Shown: piece after piece, positions 17,063-21,875 of the stretch | Layout of the letters: the number at the start of each line of letters is the position of its first letter | Numbering within the stretch: position 1 is the first letter of the stretch | DNA from: Acaryochloris thomasi RCC1774 | Lineage (GTDB): Bacteria; Cyanobacteriota; Cyanobacteriia; Thermosynechococcales; Thermosynechococcaceae | Reading direction: 5' to 3' | NCBI RefSeq assembly: GCF_003231495.1 | Contig: NZ_PQWO01000040.1 | Location: forward strand, 1-21,875 | Length of the DNA: 21,875 nt | Notes under the pieces: model-generated | What the model saw: the letters and a program-made list of their open reading frames with translations, nothing else | The model's database searches: none | Told to the model about the DNA's origin: nothing | Made by a program: the position numbers and the translations under genes

Positions 17063-17188
17063 TCACAGGTCAATCTCTTTCAAGATCCGTTGTTTGAGAA
17101 CATCTTTCATGACCAGATCAATCCTGGTGTCATCAATTTAGTTGCTTTTGAACGAGTGAGTTTAGAAATGATAACTTAATGAGTCATG
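17063..17188 (-). pseudogene. Decayed RelE/ParE-like toxin remnant downstream of the small antitoxin
   Basis: The ATG at 17188-17186 overlaps the antitoxin stop as ATGA. Translation gives MTH*VIISKLTRSKATKL. After a frame change it continues IDDTRIDLVMKDVLKQRILKEIDL*. Joined, the pieces fit the RelE/ParE N-terminal pattern (..SK.a.k.lkKiD......i...i..L). There is a stop at codon 4 and a frameshift, and the remnant ends abutting the eda 3' end. Confidence 0.35.
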
Positions 17189-17351
17189 AAGCAGACTGCG
17201 ATCTTCTAGTTCTATATTCCTCAATAGTTTGATAGTCTCCTGTTTCGTAGGCATGACGGGCATCGGAGACTTCTGCCACCACATCTGGTTCGTTCTCCAT
17301 CGCTTCTTCTTCGGCTTCAAATACTTGGTCTTTGAGAATATCGTTTGTCAT
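17184..17351 (-). CDS. Small acidic type II antitoxin-like protein (55 aa, below the ORF-track cutoff)
   Basis: The reverse complement reads MTNDILKDQVFEAEEEAMENEPDVVAEVSDARHAYETGDYQTIEEYRTRRSQSAS*. The segment A-R-x-A-Y-E-T-G-D-Y-x-T-I-E-E-Y resembles the C-terminal parts of addiction-module antitoxins. The ATGA overlap with a downstream toxin-like remnant supports the call. Confidence 0.5.
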   Translation of the reverse strand: MTNDILKDQVFEAEEEAMENEPDVVAEVSDARHAYETGDYQTIEEYRTRRSQSAS

Positions 17352-17452
17352 TCCACCCTAGGCGGTAGCAGCATGTGGCTTTCTATCGATTCATTGCGGA
17401 GAAGAGTTATGCAGACCTAGACTAAATAAGTAGGTTAGCCACTGACTCTCTT

Positions 17453-17683
17453 ATGAACTACCGTGACATCATCACTATTGAGCCAGACAAACGAGGTGGA
17501 AAACCCTGTATCCGTCGGATGCGAATTACTGTCTACGATGTCCTGGGGTGGCTGGCCACAGGTATGTCGCAAGCTGAAATCATTGATGATTTCCCTGAGT
17601 TGACAGAGACAGATATTAGAGCCTGCCTAGAGTTTGCAGCAGATCGCGATCACCGCGTTGTGGCTTCGGTGAGTGCTGCTTGA
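17453..17683 (+). CDS. DUF433 domain protein (putative antitoxin)
   Basis: 76 aa. IEPDKRGGKPCIRRMRITVYDVLGWLATGMSQAEIIDDFPELTETDIRACLEFA is the DUF433 signature as recalled. Confidence 0.85.
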   Translation: MNYRDIITIEPDKRGGKPCIRRMRITVYDVLGWLATGMSQAEIIDDFPELTETDIRACLEFAADRDHRVVASVSAA

Positions 17684-18012
17684 AACTGCTATTTGACCAA
17701 AATCTGAGCCGAAAGCTGTCTACTCGTTTAGCTGATATTTTCCCAGACGCTAGCCATGTGCAGTTTCATGAATTAGCCGAAAAGACGGATACAAAGATTT
17801 GGGAATTCGCTAAGCTTCATGGCTTTTGCATTGTGACTCAGGATGCAGATTTTGCTGAAAGAAGTCGGCTATACGGCTCTCCGCCCAAGGTAGTATGGCT
17901 TCGCTGTGGCAATGCACCGACAAGACAGATCGAGAGTTTAATTCGATCTGGGGCAAAAGCAATTCAAGAACTTTTAGACAATTCTGAATTCCACTGTTTA
18001 GAGCTGCATTAG
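17680..18012 (+). CDS. DUF5615 / Mut7-C-like PIN-fold protein (putative toxin partner of DUF433)
   Basis: 110 aa. The TTG start overlaps the DUF433 stop (TTGA). MKLLFDQNLS...IVTQDADF matches the DUF5615 pattern as recalled. Confidence 0.8.
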   Translation: MKLLFDQNLSRKLSTRLADIFPDASHVQFHELAEKTDTKIWEFAKLHGFCIVTQDADFAERSRLYGSPPKVVWLRCGNAPTRQIESLIRSGAKAIQELLDNSEFHCLELH

Positions 18013-18031
18013 ATACAGCAGAGGGATAGCC

Positions 18032-18292
18032 TCAGACCTCAGTTCCTCCGATTTCTCTAGCTGAGTTTTCAGCCATGTACTGACGCATCATGGAAGGCCA
18101 TAACAACACGAAGAAGCCCATCCAAGCTGAAAACGGAATCGCGATCAAAATGGTCAGCCAAACAATGTGGCTCAGGAACCAAGTGCCAAAGATAACGGAG
18201 AACCCCGTCAGCAGAATTGACCAGGGCTGGCACCACCAGGGTTTATGCTCCCAAGGCTTATAATCTGAGGCTTCACTCATCGGCGTAGGCAT
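18032..18292 (-). CDS. Small Trp-rich membrane protein of unknown function, overlapping the gcvP stop
   Basis: 86 aa (82 aa from the ATG at 18280). The N-terminal [13 protein letters not shown] is followed by two hydrophobic helices. The alternative start forms ATGAGTGA with the gcvP stop codon. Confidence 0.6.
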   Translation of the reverse strand: MPTPMSEASDYKPWEHKPWWCQPWSILLTGFSVIFGTWFLSHIVWLTILIAIPFSAWMGFFVLLWPSMMRQYMAENSAREIGGTEV

Positions 18293-21239
18293 CCATTGAA
18301 GGACAGCTGCAGACTAAGTTGCGATCGCCAAACGCATTATCAACCCGACCCACCGCAGGCCAGAACTTCGCGTCGCGAACCCAAGGTTCTGGATAAGCTG
18401 CCTGTTCGCGGGAGTAGGAATGCTCCCAGGTGTCTGCAATTACGACTTCGGCAGTGTGGGGTGCGTGCTTGAGCGGGTTATCGGTGCGATCGCACTGTCC
18501 CAATTCAATTTCTGCAATCTCAGCCCGAATCGAAATCATCGCCTCGCAAAACCGATCGAGTTCCGCCTTGGATTCGCTCTCTGTCGGCTCCACCATAATC
18601 GTCCCCGGCACTGGCCAGGAAACCGTCGGCGCATGAAATCCATAGTCAATGAGGCGCTTGGCAATGTCATCAACTTCAATGCCTGCAGTCTTCTTCAACT
18701 GGCGCAGATCCAAAATACATTCGTGGGCCACCAAACCCGTTTTGCCCTTAAACAAAACTGGGTAGTGCTTCTCTAAGCGTTGGGCAATATAGTTTGCATT
18801 CAGAATCGCCACTTCCGTTGCTTTCTTCAGTCCCTCAGCTCCCATCAGTGAGATATACACCCAAGAAATAGGCAGAATGCTAGGGCTTCCCCAGGGGGCA
18901 GCAGAGACTGCGCCGATGCCTTCTTTGCTACCCACTGGAATGACGGGGTGAGTGGGCAAGAACGGTACTAAATGAGACTGAACCCCAATCGGCCCCATAC
19001 CGGGACCACCACCACCGTGGGGGATACAGAAGGTTTTATGGAGATTGAGGTGGCACACGTCTGCACCAATATCACCGGGGCGACAGAGGCCCACTTGGGC
19101 ATTCATGTTGGCCCCATCCATGTATACCTGACCACCGCAATCATGTATAACCTGGCAGATGTCTTGAATCTCTTCTTCAAAGACGCCGTGGGTAGACGGG
19201 TAGGTGACCATTAATGCCGCAAGGTCATCCCGATGCTGTTCGGCTTTTTGTTTTAGATCAGCCACGTCGATGTTGCCAAACTCATCGCAGCCCACCACAA
19301 CAACTTTCATCCCGGCCATGACGGCACTGGCAGGGTTGGTGCCGTGGGCCGAGTCAGGAATCAGACAAATCTTGCGATGGCTGTTGTCCTGACTCTCGTG
19401 ATACTTGCGAATCACAAGTAGCCCCGAGTATTCGCCCTGAGATCCAGCATTGGGCTGCAGAGAGATGCCTGCGAAGCCCGTGATTTCAGCGAGGGAATCC
19501 TCAAGCTGTTGAAATAGCTCCTGGTAGCCCTGAGTTTGCTCCACAGGTGCGAAGGGGTGGATCTGACCAAATTCGGGCCAAGTTACCGGCAGCATCTCGG
19601 ATGTTGCATTCAGCTTCATCGTGCAAGAGCCGAGAGGAATCATGGAGGTGGTCAGCGACAGGTCTTTGTTCTGAAGTTGCTGCATGTAGCGCAGGAGTTC
19701 AGTTTCAGAATGATGTTGATTAAAGACCGGATGGGTTAAATAGGGAGTGGTGCGCTGCAGGTTCTCGGGCAGGCTTGTGACTGCAGCGGCAGCAAGGTCT
19801 TCTAGGCTGAGGGCATCATCACTGAAGATTTTCAAGATATCTAGGATATCGGCAGCTGTGGTGGTTTCGTCGAGGGAAATGCCGACGATCTTGTCGTCCA
19901 CAGGACGGAGGTTGATTTTATGGGATTGCGATCGCATCCCCACCTCTTCTCCATCTAGGTCTCCTAACCGGACCTGAAGCGTATCGAAATATTGTTCACT
20001 CACCAGCTCAAAGCCAAGCTTCTTCAGCCCCGCTGCCAACACCGCCGTTAGCAAATGCACTCGCTCTGCAATTTGCTTCAGCCCCGCAGGACCGTGGTAG
20101 ACCGCATACATGCTAGCGGTGACAGCTAGCAAAACCTGAGCCGTACAAATATTGCTGGTCGCCTTATCCCGTCGGATATGCTGTTCACGGGTCTGGAGCG
20201 CTAACCGCAACGCATCCTTACCCTGAGCATCATGGGACATGCCCACAATCCGTCCAGGAATTTTGCGCTGGTAGGCGGCTTTTGTCGCAAAGAACGCGGC
20301 GTGAGGACCACCGTAACCGAGGGGAACACCCAATCGCTGACTATTACCCACTGCGATATCGGCTCCAAACTCTCCGGGAGGCGTTAACAGCGTCAGACTC
20401 AGCAAGTCGGTAGCAACGGTGACTAGTGCGCCTGCGGCATGGGCCTGTTCAATGAATTCTTTGTAATCTTGAATCGAGCCATCCGTGGCCGGATACTGCA
20501 GCAGTGCGCCAAAGGTTTCGCCCTCTGGGAAGCTAAATTGCTGATGATCGCCAACCACAACGCTAATGCCCAAAGGCAAAGCACGGGTGTGAATAATCTC
20601 AATGGTTTGCGGATGGCACAGTTCCGAAACGAAAAAGGTGGTGGCGTTTTTTTTCTTCTGGACGTTGTAGCTCATCGCCATTGCTTCTGCAGCGGCAGTG
20701 CCTTCATCTAGCAGAGAAGCATTGGCAATATCAAGACCTGTCAGATCTTTAATGACGGTTTGGAAGTTGAGCAGGGCTTCTAAGCGCCCCTGGGCGATCT
20801 CAGCTTGGTACGGCGTATATTGCGTATACCAACCAGGGTTCTCCAGAATATTCCGCAGAATGACAGGGGGCGTGATGCAGCCGGAGTACCCCATTCCGAT
20901 GTAGGAGCGGAAGATTTTGTTTTGGGATGCGATCGCACGTAATTCCTGCATCAGCTCATGCTCACCCTTCCCTTGATCAAGCTGCAACGGCTGATTCATG
21001 CGAATCTGAGCTGGGACAACTTTATCAATAAGTGCATCTAGGCTGTCGTAGCCCATTTGCTCAAGCATCTGAGCAACTTCATCATCTTGAGGCCCAATGT
21101 GGCGATGTTCAAAGCGATCGGTGGGCAACAGCGCCGCCGGGATATTGGGCTTTGTAGACCCCACGCGACCATTGGACGCCGGAACCGCAGAGTTTTGTCC
21201 TTGGGGCGTCAAAGGCTTCAGCGTTGAGGAGTCTGTCAT
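18273..21239 (-). CDS. gcvP: Glycine dehydrogenase (decarboxylating), glycine cleavage system P protein
   Basis: The ORF is open to 21317 from a TTG. The ATG at 21239 ([10 protein letters not shown]...) gives 988 aa, a typical single-chain GcvP length. PLP-lysine context [18 protein letters not shown] is present, as is the N-terminal FEHRHIGP motif. Confidence 0.93.
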   Translation of the reverse strand: MTDSSTLKPLTPQGQNSAVPASNGRVGSTKPNIPAALLPTDRFEHRHIGPQDDEVAQMLEQMGYDSLDALIDKVVPAQIRMNQPLQLDQGKGEHELMQELRAIASQNKIFRSYIGMGYSGCITPPVILRNILENPGWYTQYTPYQAEIAQGRLEALLNFQTVIKDLTGLDIANASLLDEGTAAAEAMAMSYNVQKKKNATTFFVSELCHPQTIEIIHTRALPLGISVVVGDHQQFSFPEGETFGALLQYPATDGSIQDYKEFIEQAHAAGALVTVATDLLSLTLLTPPGEFGADIAVGNSQRLGVPLGYGGPHAAFFATKAAYQRKIPGRIVGMSHDAQGKDALRLALQTREQHIRRDKATSNICTAQVLLAVTASMYAVYHGPAGLKQIAERVHLLTAVLAAGLKKLGFELVSEQYFDTLQVRLGDLDGEEVGMRSQSHKINLRPVDDKIVGISLDETTTAADILDILKIFSDDALSLEDLAAAAVTSLPENLQRTTPYLTHPVFNQHHSETELLRYMQQLQNKDLSLTTSMIPLGSCTMKLNATSEMLPVTWPEFGQIHPFAPVEQTQGYQELFQQLEDSLAEITGFAGISLQPNAGSQGEYSGLLVIRKYHESQDNSHRKICLIPDSAHGTNPASAVMAGMKVVVVGCDEFGNIDVADLKQKAEQHRDDLAALMVTYPSTHGVFEEEIQDICQVIHDCGGQVYMDGANMNAQVGLCRPGDIGADVCHLNLHKTFCIPHGGGGPGMGPIGVQSHLVPFLPTHPVIPVGSKEGIGAVSAAPWGSPSILPISWVYISLMGAEGLKKATEVAILNANYIAQRLEKHYPVLFKGKTGLVAHECILDLRQLKKTAGIEVDDIAKRLIDYGFHAPTVSWPVPGTIMVEPTESESKAELDRFCEAMISIRAEIAEIELGQCDRTDNPLKHAPHTAEVVIADTWEHSYSREQAAYPEPWVRDAKFWPAVGRVDNAFGDRNLVCSCPSMDAYADE

Positions 21240-21424
21240 ATCTGAGTTACCCAAAAGTGAAGGAGCAAAAGAGACGATTTGCCAATAAATGGGACGATTG
21301 CAGCCATGCCCAATCAAGGCTTATCGAAAGTTGAAATTCTATTAAGTTTAGCAAAGGTTCTTTAGCTATAGATCATCAGGGGCTACAGAAAGAATGAGGA
21401 CTGAGTAACGTATCTAGTTGCGCT

Positions 21425-21457
21425 GCATAAAACGAAGGTCCCTGAGCTGCCCTTCGT
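21425..21457 (-). terminator. Terminator-like hairpin about 190 nt upstream of the gcvP start (possible attenuator or the end of an upstream small transcript)
   Basis: On the minus strand, ACGAAGG (complement of 21457-21451) pairs with CCTTCGT (complement of 21438-21432). The stem is 7 bp and the loop 12 nt, and UUUUAUG follows. Confidence 0.35.
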
Positions 21458-21722
21458 GAAGGCCGCCGATGAACCACTACGCCCCGAGGTTGAACAGCAA
21501 ATGCAAGATACTTCAATCCTTTTCAATCAACTGCCCCACGGCAAGCAGACGGGGTATGAAAGAGGTTTCACTCAAAACTACGACTGAGATTGCGAGTTAC
21601 TCCCTTTGCTGTAAGCCGCGGGGAATGTACCCATAACAGATTCAATGGCTGCGCGGCCCGTAGGCTTGAGCTAGTGATTTCTTCACCAGCGTCAACGTCC
21701 TGCGGGCACGAAACACAACCAT

Positions 21723-21752
21723 CAAAAGCCGGGGTCATGCCCCGGCTTTTTA
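21723..21752. terminator. Bidirectional Rho-independent terminator
   Basis: AAAAGCCGGGG-TCATG-CCCCGGCTTTTT. The 7-bp GC stem (21728-21734 / 21740-21746) is flanked by an A-tract and a T-tract. It lies 19 nt after the stop of the minus-strand partial CDS. Confidence 0.8.
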
Positions 21753-21770
21753 GATTTGCGTCATCTCAAT

Positions 21771-21875
21771 TCAGCAGCCGTCTGGTCCACAGAACTTGTG
21801 CGCGCTCAGCACCTCTGCATCACAAAGATAGGCGATGCCCGAATAATCGTCGAAGTACTGCAATGCAATCTCATC
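21771..21875 (-). CDS. 3' end of an unidentified CDS (continues beyond the right edge)
   Basis: The minus strand is open to the window edge and reads ...DEIALQYFDDYSGIAYLCDAEVLSAHKFCGPDGC*, with the stop at 21773-21771 followed by a strong terminator. I recognised no family. Confidence 0.5.
   Translation of the reverse strand, partial: DEIALQYFDDYSGIAYLCDAEVLSAHKFCGPDGC

Noticed and set aside
16907-17420. Plus-strand ORFs 16907-17179 and 17229-17420
   Set aside because: The first is an off-frame read-through of the eda 3' end into the toxin remnant. The second is antisense to the 55-aa antitoxin-like ORF and has a Phe/Cys-rich improbable composition.
21400-21720. Glycine riboswitch upstream of gcvP
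   Set aside because: The tandem-aptamer core motifs (GGAGAG ... ACCGAAGGGGCAA ... CUCUCAGG) are not present. CACGAAGGGCAGCUCAGGGAC is only a compressed partial resemblance and is better explained as a simple 7-bp hairpin. I also looked for tmRNA, RNase P, SRP and glutamine-riboswitch signature strings and did not see them.
1-21875. CRISPR arrays, tRNA or rRNA genes, IS elements, integrases, or phage or defence islands with large multi-gene systems
   Set aside because: I saw no repeat-spacer periodicity, no tRNA T-loop or acceptor patterns, and no transposase, integrase or reverse-transcriptase-like ORFs in any frame. The only accessory material I can support is the toxin-antitoxin content.

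Overview
The window is a cyanobacterial chromosomal segment. I counted at least 16 copies of the HIP1 octamer GCGATCGC by eye. It also carries hallmark genes: the psbA 5' end, thf1/psb29, a CCB1-like gene and a sigC-like sigma factor next to fur. Most of it is housekeeping. In order: psbA (partial), gloB, a DUF3134-like gene with mraY, a GT-B glycosyltransferase-like gene, a DUF3370-like secreted protein, a CCB1-like membrane protein, the group-2 sigma factor followed by fur, a secreted FAS1/fasciclin protein, a 1249-aa ChlH/BchH-family chelatase large subunit, thf1, a DUF362 protein, eda, and gcvP with a translationally coupled small membrane protein. A partial unknown CDS lies at the right edge. 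Two short, visibly more AT-rich islets (about 13.1-14.2 kb and 17.06-18.03 kb) carry toxin-antitoxin material. This comprises an RHH antitoxin with a frameshifted PIN toxin, a possible ParE-like fragment, an intact small antitoxin whose ATGA-coupled toxin has decayed, and an intact DUF433/DUF5615 pair. I found no rRNA, tRNA, CRISPR array, transposase or integrase. I do not see a clear multi-gene novel system. The best leads are (i) the stand-alone divergent ChlH/BchH paralogue, (ii) about 480 nt of unexplained non-coding sequence upstream of gcvP, bounded by a bidirectional terminator and containing an internal terminator-like hairpin, (iii) a run of four perfect stem-loops between fur and the fasciclin gene, and (iv) a 22-nt tandem repeat upstream of the sigma factor gene. 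All homology calls rest on my recall of protein families and motifs read from the translations. No database search was possible.
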